A DNA stretch of 63,984 bases, counting the filler, from Octopus bimaculoides (taxonomy: Eukaryota): assembly GCF_001194135.2 (NCBI RefSeq). It is 5 parts of 4 records of this genome, joined end to end, with 100 filler letters (N's around TTAATTAATTAA, not from the genome) between each part and the next. Parts side by side here need not be neighbours in the genome. Positions count along the whole stretch, not along the records: positions 32,172 to 52,846 come from NC_068988.1; 4 more parts are not named here. One strand, given 5' to 3'. This document shows, piece by piece, positions 38,861 through 51,539 of this stretch. The notes beneath the pieces were generated by a model. The model was not told the origin of the DNA. It saw nothing but the letters and a program-made list of their open reading frames with translations, and made no database searches. The first letter of the stretch is position 1, and the number at the start of each line of letters is the position of its first letter. The translations under genes were made by a program, and so were the position numbers.

Positions 38861-39724
38861 TTATTTTAACATTATAGNNNNNNNNNNNNNNNNNNNNNNN
38901 NNNNNNNNNNNNNNNNNNNNNNNNNNNNNNNNNNNNNNNNNNNNNNNNNNNNNNNNNNNNNNNNNNNNNNNNNNNNNNNNNNNNNNNNNNNNNNNNNNNN
39001 NNNNNNNNNNNNNNNNNNNNNNNNNNNNNNNNNNNNNNNNNNNNNNNNNNNNNNNNNNNNNNNNNNNNNNNNNNNNNNNNNNNNNNNNNNNNNNNNNNNN
39101 NNNNNNNNNNNNNNNNNNNNNNNNNNNNNNNNNNNNNNNNNNNNNNNNNNNNNNNNNNNNNNNNNNNNNNNNNNNNNNNNNNNNNNNNNNNNNNNNNNNN
39201 NNNNNNNNNNNNNNNNNNNNNNNNNNNNNNNNNNNNNNNNNNNNNNNNNNNNNNNNNNNNNNNNNNNNNNNNNNNNNNNNNNNNNNNNNNNNNNNNNNNN
39301 NNNNNNNNNNNNNNNNNNNNNNNNNNNNNNNNNNNNNNNNNNNNNNNNNNNNNNNNNNNNNNNNNNNNNNNNNNNNNNNNNNNNNNNNNNNNNNNNNNNN
39401 NNNNNNNNNNNNNNNNNNNNNNNNNNNNNNNNNNNNNNNNNNNNNNNNNNNNNNNNNNNNNNNNNNNNNNNNNNNNNNNNNNNNNNNNNNNNNNNNNNNN
39501 NNNNNNNNNNNNNNNNNNNNNNNNNNNNNNNNNNNNNNNNNNNNNNNNNNNNNNNNNNNNNNNNNNNNNNNNNNNNNNNNNNNNNNNNNNNNNNNNNNNN
39601 NNNNNNNNNNNNNNNNNNNNNNNNNNNNNNNNNNNNNNNNNNNNNNNNNNNNNNNNNNNNNNNNNNNNNNNNNNNNNNNNNNNNNNNNNNNNNNNNNNNN
39701 NNNNNNNNNNNNNNNNNNNNNNNN

Positions 39725-39768
<44 letters not shown>

Positions 39769-39980
39769 GTCAAGTAATTTTGGGGTAGTGGGTGACTTAA
39801 TTATATCAACCCAAGTGCTCAACTGGTACTTATTACATCTACCTCAAAAGGATGAAAGGCAAATCAACCTTGGACAAATTTGAACTAATAATGTGAAGAG
39901 AGACAAAATACCACTAGGCACTTTTCTTGGCATGCTAATGATTCTGATACCTTGCTGCTTTATTTTAACATTATAGGGTG

Positions 39981-40309
39981 ACCTCTTTCACTCATGAATG
40001 ACCATGGAATTGCACTTAGAAAGTGACCCTCCGAGGCACAAGTTTGGGCAAGGCTGTTTATGGAAGGCTAGCAGTTGCTCATGCATACCAGCCTCCCTTC
40101 TTCATGCCACTGATATTATCCAAGGGAAAGGCAAAGGCTGATACAGATTGGCACCAGTGACGTCGCAACTCATTTCTACATATGAGTGAACTGGAGTAGC
40201 ATAAAATAAAGTGTCTTGCTCAAGAACACAACACTCACCCCAGTCTGGGAATCAAACTCACAACCTCATGATCGTAAGCTCGACGTTCTAACCACTGAGC
40301 CATGCGCCT
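39981..40309 (-). mobile_element. tRNA-headed CORE-like SINE (family D), full length
   Basis: Reverse complement AGGCGCATGGCTCAGTGGTTAG (A box)...GAGTTTGATTCC (B box)...TTCTTGAGCAAGACACTTTATTT core. Confidence 0.85.
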
Positions 40310-40331
40310 TCACTATTATATTTTATATAAA

Positions 40332-40977
40332 AAGGCGGTGAACTGGCAGGATTGTTAGCATGCTGGGAAAAATGCTTAGCAGGATTTTGTTCATCCTCAT
40401 TTCCTGAGTTCAAATTTCACCAAGGTTGACTTAGCCTTTCATCCCTTCAGAGTTGATAAAACGAGTACTAGTTGAGCCCTGGGGTGAATGTAATTGACTT
40501 ACTTTGAAATTGCTGGCCTTGTCCCAAAATGCAAAACCAATATTATGTTATACATAGGTGGTAATCTGGCAGAATTGCTAGCACACCAGGTAAAACGCTT
40601 AGTGGCATTTCGTCAGTCTTATTCCACCAAGGTTGACTTTGCCTTTCCTCCTTTTAGAGTTGATAAAATGAATACCAGTTGAACACTGGGGTCATTGTAA
40701 TTAACTTACCCCTCCTCAAAAATTGTTAGCCTTGTGCCAAAATGTGAAACTGATATTATATATTACATATAGGGGGGCAAATTCTGCCAAAGTTGACTTT
40801 GCCTTTCATCCTTTCAGAGTCAATAAAATAAGTACCAGTTGAACACTGGGGTCATTGTAATTAACTTACCCCTCCTCAAAAATTGTTAGCCTTGTGCCAA
40901 AATGTGAAACTGATATTATATATTACATATAGGGGGGCAAATTCTGCCAAAGTTGACTTTGCCTTTCATCCTTTCAG
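40332..40977 (+). mobile_element. Tandem cluster of SINE family B copies ending in a 160-bp periodic duplication
   Basis: Heads at 40332 and about 40556; 40673-40817 is identical to 40833-40977. Confidence 0.85.
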
Positions 40978-42679
40978 NNNNNNNNNNNNNNNNNNNNNNN
41001 NNNNNNNNNNNNNNNNNNNNNNNNNNNNNNNNNNNNNNNNNNNNNNNNTATATATATATATATATATTCTATAGTTGAAATATTTAGACTTTATTACAGT
41101 ATCATCATTAGCATCATCATCATCACCATCACCAGAAAAAGCTTTATCATGACTACCACTAACATACCACTGCTACCACTACTATCAAACATGTAATCTG
41201 TACAAATCTAGTTTTGTATTTATCTTGTGTATTCCTGGTGTAGATTTGCTTGTTATCTGATAATACGTGTGTGCGCGCATGTTTGCATTTGCTGATGTGC
41301 ATGTGTATATGCTATTGGTTGTGCATATAGCTGAGCATGTGTGCGTGTGTGTGTATGAGTGTGTATGTGTCCAGGGTTGCATAGGATGGGGACAGGCAGT
41401 GAATATGTTTAAGTATGCACATATGTGTGTGTGTGACTGTGAGTATATGTACATATACACAGGACTTAGTGTGTGTGTGCATTGGTATACCCAGCCCTAA
41501 TAGATATATGATATGATATCGTTTTTATAAAACTCTGCCTGCCAGTCTTTGACTGACTTGATATGTTGTTATATCAGTCAGGTGTGAATACTAGGTTGAG
41601 GTGTGGTCACTGATTGCTGTTGTTCATGATGACGATGATGATGATGATGATGATGATGATGGGGGCGGAGGATAAGGATGATGGGGAGGCGGATAAGGAT
41701 GATGAGGGTGGTGGTGGTGGAGGTTGTGATGGTAGTGGTGGTGATGATGATGGTGGTGTTGGTGTTGGTGGTGGTGGTGGTGGTCTTGGTTATGATGGTT
41801 GTGGTGACGATGATGATGATGGCAATGATTATGAGGATAAGTATGATAATTGCTTTAGCGATGACGATGGTGGGGGTTGATGATGATGATGATGGTGGTG
41901 GTGATGGTGATGATGATGATGATGATAAGGAAAACGATAATAAGGGTGAAGATAGTGTTTGCTGATTATGACTATGATGATGATGGGGTGGTGGTGGAGA
42001 TAGTAGTGGTGGTATATGATGATGATAATAATGATTTCAAATTTTTGGCACAAGGCCAGCAATTTCAGGGGAGGAGGGTAAGTTGATGACATAAACCTCA
42101 GTACTCAACCAGTACATATTTTATCGACCCCAAAAGCATAGAAGACAATTTAGAAAATATCTTGTGTGGATATGTGAAGTTGTGCTTGTGTCTATCTCTC
42201 CCACTGCTTGACAACTTATGTTGGTTTGTTTACACCCCTAAAACTTAGTAGTTTGGCAAAAGGTGTCAATAGAATAAGTATCAAACTTAAAATTAAAGAC
42301 TGGGGTTTGATTCATTCAACTGTACACACCAAAACTCCAGCATCTTTACAGTCTAATGACTGAATCAAGTAAAAGGAATTTTAGTTCGGTGATGCCAGGT
42401 AAGTAGCCATCTGCATCAAACTAGTGCCTAGAACTAAGTTACTCTAGTCTGATATTTTCTGTACATACAATAGAAATGGGGAAGGATATGGGGGCTTGAG
42501 TCTTTACAAGGGATTACTGAAAAAGTGTTAGTCACAGAAAAAGGGCACTACTATAAAACATCCCAGAAGAGAATGCAATTATAATTAAAGACACATGGAT
42601 GTTGAATGGCGATGACAATATGTATGCATGTGATGTTTGCTCATGTCTTCTTGTCTTGACATCAAGTTACTGTTGTTGT

Positions 42680-42889
42680 AAACAAGTGTCACTGCCACAT
42701 GAGAGGTGTTGTTCATTTTTAACCTTCCATGAAAACATGTCCATCCATGGGAAAATATTACCTTGCCTGGAAACAGGTGAGGGTTAGAGATAGGAAGGAC
42801 ATCAGTCCATAGGGAAAAAAAATCTGTCACGACAAGTTCCATCTGACCCATGCAAGCTTGGAAAAATAGATGTTAAAAAACATGAACAG

Positions 42890-42923
<34 letters not shown>

Positions 42924-42925
42924 AA
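42680..42925 (+). mobile_element. RTE-type 3' tail repeat ending in (GAT)n
   Basis: gggaaaatattaccttgcctggaaacaggtgagggtt..ctgacccatgcaagc..gttaaa followed by (GAT)n; RTE assignment is inferred from the tail architecture. Confidence 0.5.
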
Positions 42926-44409
42926 AACATAAAAGTTGAAATTAAGAAAAAAAAAATTTTGAAGAAAATTAGTTTAAAATATGATGGTAGATGTGATTTA
43001 ACTTCAAGAATGTAGAAATAGACAAAGTGCTTATGGAATGGATCCAACAGCATTGAAGTGAAGAGAGAATTGTGTTTTATCTTGGCATCTGGTAAGATTT
43101 TTTACTCGAAATAACCAGGCATGTGTAACAACCCTCTGTCAGAATACATCAAATTGCTATGCTGAATTTTAAAATAGATAAATATAAGGATGAAATTCAA
43201 AGATAACAATGGTCTGTGTATGCTGGAAATGATATAGATTATATGCATTTTTTATGAGTTATTGGCCAACTAGATAAAGCATTGAACTCTTGTAAGTTAT
43301 TTGTAAATCACATGATCGCATAGCATTATCATCCAAGTGAACACATTCCCCAAAAAACTTCTCATGATCATAATGGTTGATGGAGCTGTGGATATCTAAA
43401 AGCTTCATTGTTGTGCATTAGAGTATGCTCTATGTAAGTAATACACATTTTAGCTACCATCGCTGTGTGTAATCAGATATACTATACTTCCTGGCAAACA
43501 AGTTGAATTTTATCGACTGAAATTTACAGGCAAAACATGGTAGGTCATCTTATACACCAAGATGACTTTGGGGGACCAAAACTTCTGTTTGAAATGCAGC
43601 AAGATTTGGAATGATTGTGACAATATTTGAATGCTTATATTGTACACCAGTGGGTTTTTCAACCATTTTTTGCCTATGAACCTCTTTGATTACTATTTTA
43701 TTCTGGTGGACCCCCATGGCCATTCGATGTTTAACTCTTTGTTATTTAAACTGGCCATATCTAGCCAAAATATTCTGCCTGTTCTATATTCAAACTGGTC
43801 ATATCCATCCTCTCTGCTTACAACTATCACTATCTCCTTGTCAAAGCAAGGAGATAGTGATGCTTACACACAGACACAGACACACACACACACACACACA
43901 CACATGCATACATATACAGGGCTAGACCACAGTCTACAGCAGTTTCACACAGCAGCCTGAATTGAACCTAAGGCTCTGTTCAAAATTGCTGGATGAATTC
44001 TGTCTGGCATAGAGAGACTGCCAGCACACCTGCTGTGTCCCTTTTTTTTGACCACAAGACTTCATAGTCTCCATTGCAGCTGTCTATATTATGTCTTACA
44101 GCCTTTACAATGTTCTCAAAGCATTTTGACACCTGGTGTGAATCAGCGTGACACATGTAACTCTTTTCCAATATTCAGATGGCTCCCAATCCTCCACGTC
44201 AACTAGCTTTTTCTCAACCACAACTCCATTCTTTATGCTCTCCAACGCTGCCGACTGTTCACCAATACATCAGACTGTTCCTGAAAATAAAAAGGAGACA
44301 TAAAATATCAAATTTAGCCCGAACACTCAATTTAGCCCCAAATGCCCCTGTCCATATGCTTCAGAATAAAGTATAAGCTGAAAATAATCTTTCACTTCAT
44401 TTTAGAAGC

Positions 44410-44772
44410 AGAGGAGGCGCAATGGCCCAGTGGTTAGGGCAGCAGACTCGTGGTCATAGGATCGCAGTTTCGATTCCCAGACCGGGTGTTGTGAGTGTTT
44501 ATTGAGCGAAAACACCTAAAGCTCCATGAGGCTCCGGAAGGGGATGGTGGTGAACCCTGCTGTACTCTTTCACCACAACTTTCTCTCACTCTTTCTTCCT
44601 GTTTCTGTTGTGCCTGTAATTCAAAGGGTCAGCCTTGTCACACTGTGTCACACTGAATATCCCCCGAGAACTACGTTAAGGGTACACGTGTCTGTGGAAT
44701 GCTCAGCCACTTGCACGTTAATTTCATGAGCAGGCTGTTCCGTTGATCGGATCAACTGTAACCCTCTTTTCT
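44410..44772 (+). mobile_element. SINE family C (tRNA-derived), 3'-truncated, with TSD
   Basis: TGGCCCAGTGG A box, GGTTTCGATTCC B box; highly similar to 61496-61872; TTTTAGAAGC duplicated at 44400-44409 and 44773-44782. Confidence 0.92.
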
Positions 44773-44894
44773 TTTTAGAAGCTTGAATGGAAGATATAAG
44801 GTGAAGCTCAAACACTCAGCTCTGAGTGTTTGAGCAGTAAGCTAATGAAGTTTATTGCAAAATTACCTGTTTCTTTGTCATTTATTTAGATTCA

Positions 44895-44978
<84 letters not shown>

Positions 44979-45495
44979 TGTGTGATGGGCATCTTTCAGT
45001 TTTCAACTTCCAAATCCAATCACAATGCTTTGGTTTGTCAGGAGCTACAGTAGAAGACACTTGCTCAGAGATATGGTATAAGTATAAACACCATATCTCT
45101 GAAGTTACTCCCCTATCTCTCTTCCTCTCACTTACACTCTTACTCACTCTCTATTAATTTTGGGTCTTTTACCACACATCCTCTCTACCTCCCCCTCTCT
45201 CTCAATCTGTCACTTCCTATAACTATCTATCATGTTCCCAGTCTCTCTTTCTCTCTCTCAGACTATATATTCCCCTCTCTTCTAGTCTTCTTTTTCTACC
45301 CCCACCTCTCTTGGTCCCATCACATTTTTTTTTGTCTGCTCATATTTCTTATTGTTTTTTTCTCTCTTAACCTTTCAACCATTTTCCACTCTCACTCGCA
45401 CCTCCCCTCGCTCTCTTTGTTACTCTTTCCTTATATCTCTCTGTTGTTGCTGCTTCTCTCTCTCTCTTTCTCTCTCCCTCTCTCTCTCTTTCTCC

Positions 45496-45526
<31 letters not shown>

Positions 45527-46670
45527 TCTCTTTCTCCCTCTCTCTCTCTTTCTCCCTCTCTCTCTCTTTCTCTCTCTCTCTTTCTCCCCCCCCTCTCCCC
45601 CTCTCTCTTTCTCTCTCNNNNNNNNNNNNNNNNNNNNNNNNNNNNNNNNNNNNNNNNNNNNNNNNNNNNNNNNNNNNNNNNNNNNNNNNNNNNNNNNNNN
45701 NNNNNNNNNNNNNNNNNNNNNNNNNNNNNNNNNNNNNNNNNNNNNNNNNNNNNNNNNNNNNNNNNNNNNNNNNNNNNNNNNNNNNNNNNNNNNNNNNNNN
45801 NNNNNNNNNNNNNNNNNNNNNNNNNNNNNNNNNNNNNNNNNNNNNNNNNNNNNNNNNNNNNNNNNNNNNNNNNNNNNNNNNNNNNNNNNNNNNNNNNNNN
45901 NNNNNNNNNNNNNNNNNNNNNNNNNNNNNNNNNNNNNNNNNNNNNNNNNNNNNNNNNNNNNNNNNNNNNNNNNNNNNNNNNNNNNNNNNNNNNNNNNNNN
46001 NNNNNNNNNNNNNNNNNNNNNNNNNNNNNNNNNNNNNNNNNNNNNNNNNNNNNNNNNNNNNNNNNNNNNNNNNNNNNNNNNNNNNNNNNNNNNNNNNNNN
46101 NNNNAACCGAATCGAAACAAAAATAAAACAAACATTAATTAAACAAATAAAAAAGAAAGGCATGAAAAAAATTACAGTAAAAAAAATAACTTTCTAAAAC
46201 TTTTAATTTCCTTCTTTTCTCATTCATTTTTCTCGTTCATTCAATGTTTGGAGCCCTTATTCTTTCAAAATCGTTCGTCATCTATCATGAAAGCTGACAG
46301 TTCATTGTTTTTAGCAATGAGCTGCTTTCTAAAAGTTCATTGTTTGTAGGACAAGCACGTGTGTGTATGTGTGTGTGTATGTGTGTGTGTGTGCGTGCGC
46401 CTGTATTCATGTATGCTTATTTTCGTGCATATTTGCGAATCTCTGAGCACATTTGTAAGTTTACACGCACGCGCATGTGTATACCTTGTTCACATTCTGA
46501 GGGAGTGTCTACATGCTTTGCAGGAACTGTCCCTCTTCATTAGAATTAAAATTAAAGGGCTATACCTGCCCTCCCTGTGTAGTTTTCTGGTTAAGCAGAT
46601 ACATTACAACGTGTATTTTAGTATACCAACATAGCCTACATAATCCGTGCAGAGATGCATGTATGTGTGT

Positions 46671-47067
46671 CTTTTACTTGTTTCGGTCATTTGACTGTGG
46701 CCATGCTGGAGCACCGCCTTTATAGTCGAGCAAATCGACCCCTACGACTTATTCTTTGTAAGCCTAGTACTTATTCTATTGGTCTCTTTTACCGAACCGC
46801 TAAATTACGGGGACGTAAACACACCAGCATCGGTTGTCAAGCGATGTTGGGGAGACAAACACAGACACACAAACACACATATAAATATACATATACATAT
46901 ATACGACGGGCTTCTTTCAGTTTCCGTCTACCAAATCGACTCACAAGGCTTTGGTCGGCCCGAGGCTATAGTAGAAGACGCTTTCCCAAGGTGCCACGCA
47001 GTGGGAATGAACTCGGAACCATGTGGTTGGTAAGCAAGCTACTTACTACACAGCCACTCCCGTGCCT
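46671..47067 (-). mobile_element. SINE family A, full length
   Basis: Colinear with the other full-length copies. Confidence 0.93.
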
Positions 47068-48054
47068 ATCTTTATAAACNNNNNNNNNNNNNNNNNNNNN
47101 NNNNNNNNNNNNNNNNNNNNNNNNNNNNNNNNNNNNNNNNNNNNNNNNNNNNNNNNNNNNNNNNNNNNNNNNNNNNNNNNNNNNNNNNNNNNNNNNNNNN
47201 NNNNNNNNNNNNNNNNNNNNNNNNNNNNNNNNNNNNNNNNNNNNNNNNNNNNNNNNNNNNNNNNNNNNNNNNNNNNNNNNNNNNNNNNNNNNNNNNNNNN
47301 NNNNNNNNNNNNNNNNNNNNNNNNNNNNNNNNNNNNNNNNNNNNNNNNNNNNNNNNNNNNNNNNNNNNNNNNNNNNNNNNNNNNNNNNNNNNNNNNNNNN
47401 NNNNNNNNNNNNNNNNNNNNNNNNNNNNNNNNNNNNNNNNNNNNNNNNNNNNNNNNNNNNNNNNNNNNNNNNNNNNNNNNNNNNNNNNNNNNNNNNNNNN
47501 NNNNNNNNNNNNNNNNNNNNNNNNNNNNNNNNNNNNNNNNNNNNNNNNNNNNNNNNNNNNNNNNNNNNNNNNNNNNNNNNNNNNNNNNNNNNNNNNNNNN
47601 NNNNNNNNNNNNNNNNNNNNNNNNNNNNNNNNNNNNNNNNNNNNNNNNNNNNNNNNNNNNNNNNNNNNNNNNNNNNNNNNNNNNNNNNNNNNNNNNNNNN
47701 NNNNNNNNNNNNNNNNNNNTATATATATATATATATATATGGTAAATGAAAGACGGAAGATGGAATATACGAGAATATTTTTTTTTATTTATCACGACGA
47801 TTGTTTCGACCCCTCTAACATCGATCCCACACGGGTGGGACACTTAACAGCTAGTTCAGAAGCATCCGGCGGTGTAGATGTGTCTCATCGAGCGATAAAT
47901 GGATACAACTCGTTAGAATAACAGTTCTGCAATGCATCTTCTCATTTTGTAGAAAGAAAGGCAGCAAAACGAAGGAAATATCATCATTTATATAGAAGAT
48001 CAAAAATATAATCACAGATGCAAAAAAGAAACGAACGCGTAATACAGCGAGAAA

Positions 48055-48285
48055 AGTGTGTGTCTTTGCGTTTATGTTTGTCCCTCCATCACCGCTTTGG
48101 TGTGTTTACGTCTCCGTAACATAGCGGTTCAGCAAAAGAGACTGATACAACAAGTACTAGGGTAAAAAAAAGTCCTGGGGTTGATTTGTTCCACTAAAAT
48201 CCCGCATGGCAGTGCTCCAGCATGGCCGCGGTCAAATGACTGAAACAAGTGAAAGAACAAAAAAAAAACAAAGAGTAAAAGAATG
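48055..48285 (+). mobile_element. SINE family A, 3' half
   Basis: gcggttcagcaaaagagactgata..gtactagg..ccagcatggccgcggtcaaatgactgaaacaag. Confidence 0.85.
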
Positions 48286-48940
48286 TGTGTATGTGTGACA
48301 TACATTCATTGTATGGCCGTGTGTGAGTGGTGTGGTACCTGTCCACATACATTATGATGCATATTTACATACATACAGATACAGTCTCTCCTGAGAAAAA
48401 GCATTGTCGTTAGCGAAGAATGACAGTCGTAGAATGATATTGAGAGCTAGAGTTGACTCAACATTTGATTAAAGTATAATTCCGTAATCTTGTATTTAGG
48501 GAGCGTCGTTACGCCAAAAATAATAAACACACGCACTGGTTCAATTTCACTCCTTTATTGTTAGTCAATTGGTTAGTTATCTAAACGACTAACTGATCGA
48601 TTGTTTAGTTTCTTGGTTAAAAAATCAATTAGTTGTTTATCAAAGTCCTTTCATCGCTATATACGACGCCTTACCAATGACACACACTGTCTGTCTGACT
48701 GTCTGTCTCTCTCCTATCAAAAATCTTGCAAACCGAATACAAAAACGAAGTATGATTCCACAAAGTTAACTACTATTTCACTGGCAGTGATCCGCTACTT
48801 TTCTAGATATTGGCAGATTTGTCTTTCATTACATTTTAGTAATTCAGCTTCTACTAAAGAATCATGTTTGCATGTCTTGAATGCAATAACCAAGGAAACT
48901 GAAGGTTCTTTATGCTCCCGCCCCCTCAAAAAAAAAAAAC

Positions 48941-49481
48941 TGTTATATTGAAATATACGTATGACAAAAACGTGTCCAAATTTCTGCCATTATCTTTAAT
49001 TGATGTGCTACATCCAATAACGTCATCTGAATAAGACAATGGAGATTCAAGATTATTCTGGAAGTTAACTTGGTTCATCGCTCGGTAAAAGCAGACTGCA
49101 GTGACGTCATCTTGAGGGGCTCCAGCACGCATATGCAGGGTTGGGACCTTCTGGAAAGCCTGCCGAAAGGTCCCTGATGCGCATGCGCAGAAAACTAGCA
49201 GCGGCAAGGTTCTCTTGTATCTCAGGCTCGAGATGCAGCCGCTGAACTATGCAGACATGTCCTCAGCAGCTCTCTGTTCGCCTCTGCTGCTGACTGGTAT
49301 TTGACCAGGTCTGTGTAGCTGGAGTCCTGTGAAATCACAAAGTATGATTAGCTCCAACTTTGCTGCTTCCACACCAGACCTGGCTACTGATTGTCCCAAG
49401 GTGTAAATCTTTGTAAATACAAAATAAAAGGATTGTTTTTATGTTCGGATGTTTTCTTGTTCCAATAATTTTCCTCTAACA
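48941..49481 (+). mobile_element. Candidate solo LTR
   Basis: Begins TGTTA and ends TAACA (inverted termini); AATAAA about 55 nt before the end; GC-rich core with TGACGTCA and TGCGCATGCGCA; no TSD seen. Confidence 0.45.
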
Positions 49482-49687
49482 TTTATGTAAGGAATTGTGT
49501 GGCACCCTTCCAGTGCCAACCGATTTTACCTCTTACAAGACTATTCTATTTGTGAGACCAAATGGAGATTTTGTATATTGATATAATTGCCCTAAGATTT
49601 AAAAAGCAGTGTAAAAATAGTCTTTCATGCTCAGTTGATAACTGGTATGTACACAGACTATCATGTTTCAATATTTTTCAGTTATAA

Positions 49688-49840
49688 GACAGCGAGCTGG
49701 CAGAATGGTTAAAGACACCATGCAAAAATACTTAGCGGCATTTCGTACTTCTTTACGTTCTGAGTTCAAATTCCGCTGAGGTCCATTTTACCTTCCCTCC
49801 TTTCGGGGTCGATGAAATTAATACCATTTGAGCACTGGAG
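49688..49840 (+). mobile_element. SINE family B, 5' part
   Basis: gcgagctggcagaatggtt..cttagcggcatttcg..ctgagttcaaattccgctgagg..ttcggggtcgat. Confidence 0.85.
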
Positions 49841-51165
49841 TACCCGTCGTTGAGTAATTACTACTTTTGAGGTTCTAGTAGCTAGGAAATATATGTAGCC
49901 AGGATTTGACCGGCCCCATTCCCTAAATTGGGATTTTTATTCGCATACATAACAACTCCAGTTGCTAACCATGAACTTTAACTTTTTTCAGCTTATCGAA
50001 CTTCGATATGGGAAATTTTTAGTCCTTTCGTATTAATTTTTATTCGTATTAATTTAAACTTCTATGGAATGATATTCACGTGTATTGCTTTATACCTTTA
50101 ACTCAATTTTTTTCAGTTCCATGTTATCGGTTGAAACAATATATTCGTGTATAAAAATGTTATACTATATGCTATATTTTTATTATTTCTTCTTGCGTTA
50201 TTTCTTCTTATTCCTTATGTTTGACGGATTATGTTGTATTATTTCTTATATATGTTCATTGAGGGGGTGTGATATGTTGAGTCGTTAACCCAGTCTTTTT
50301 ATTCTTTAACTAATTTTTATNNNNNNNNNNNNNNNNNNNNNNNNNNNNNNNNNNNNNNNNNNNNNNNNNNNNNNNNNNNNNNNNNNNNNNNNNNNNNNNN
50401 NNNNNNNNNNNNNNNNNNNNNNNNNNNNNNNNNNNNNNNNNNNNNNNNNNNNNNNNNNNNNNNNNNNNNNNNNNNNNNNNNNNNNNNNNNNNNNNNNNNN
50501 NNNNNNNNNNNNNNNNNNNNNNNNNNNNNNNNNNNNNNNNNNNNNNNNNNNNNNNNNNNNNNNNNNNNNNNNNNNNNNNNNNNNNNNNNNNNNNNNNNNN
50601 NNNNNNNNNNNNNNNNNNNNNNNNNNNNNNNNNNNNNNNNNNNNNNNNNNNNNNNNNNNNNNNNNNNNNNNNNNNNNNNNNNNNNNNNNNNNNNNNNNNN
50701 NNNNNNNNNNNNNNNNNNNNNNNNNNNNNNNNNNNNNNNNNNNNNNNNNNNNNNNNNNTATATATCAAAATGTACACAGTATAAAGATACGAGCTTACTA
50801 ACAGTAGCTCATGTCTTTGGTAGATACGAATTACTAATTAGTCGGTCGTATCTTTATACGATGTACATTAAATGATATTTATCTCTCACCGGATGGAGTA
50901 CTCTTTTTGCTGAGCTTAACGTAACAATAAACTACATAAATACATGCATACAAACATACATACATAAATACATACATGCACACGTACGCGCACACGCACA
51001 TGTCTATGTACGTGAATGTGTGTGTGTGAGAGTGTAAATGTGTGTGTTACAAATAAAGCTGCGAAGATATCACAAAAACTTTTACTCAGAGTTTTACGAA
51101 CGGGAGCGTGAAACTCTAACAGTGTTTGTGATGCCTTTGCAGCTTTACTAATAAAGCATTGTAGT

Positions 51166-51253
51166 GGCCGCCATTGGCCGCCATCTTGGGAAGTGCCATT
51201 GCGCATGTGCAAGGGACTTGCCGTCAGCGGAAGTACCCGAGCACGCATGCGCA
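51166..51253 (-). promoter_or_regulatory. Housekeeping-type promoter motif cluster (YY1 x2, ETS x2, NRF1 x2)
   Basis: GGCCGCCATTGG 51166-51177, GGCCGCCATCTT 51176-51187, GGAAGTG 51189-51195, TGCGCATGTGCA 51200-51211, GCGGAAGT 51227-51234, CACGCATGCGCA 51242-51253. Strand is inferred from YY1 orientation. Confidence 0.65.
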
Positions 51254-51539
51254 ATGCAACAGGTGGAGAGAGAGCAATAGCGTTCGATCTCTCTTCTCTG
51301 TCTAGCAGCTGTCGCGACAACACGTTCTTCCAGTGCTGTCTCAACTCGATACCAACATGTGGTCGAAGCTTCCTTAGTATTCTAGCAGCATGCCTGTTCA
51401 CCCAGGAACGAAACGGCTCTACACCAACCTAGAATAAATTATTGATCTGTTGTTATCATTATCCCTCGTGTTGTTGTATTTCTAGATTTAATGATTAATA
51501 TAAGAACTGGGGAGAGATGGCCGAGCCGTCATATCTCAT

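Noticed and set aside
38670-39977. About 210-bp direct repeat around a gap
   Set aside because: Identical sequence on both sides of an N run is a typical unmerged contig overlap.
44020-44075. ATGA-N12-AAA SECIS-like pattern on the minus strand
   Set aside because: The 3' GA of the non-Watson-Crick quartet is missing and helix II pairs poorly.
44411-44485. tRNA-like sequence (also at 61496)
   Set aside because: A and B boxes are present but the acceptor stem is not, and it continues into a shared SINE body; not a tRNA gene.
49085-49110. GCAGTCTGCTTTT on the minus strand, resembling the 7SK 3' end
   Set aside because: The 3' stem-loop partner and the 5' GAUC motifs are absent; no telomerase template (CUAACCCU) or RNase P/MRP P4 motifs either.
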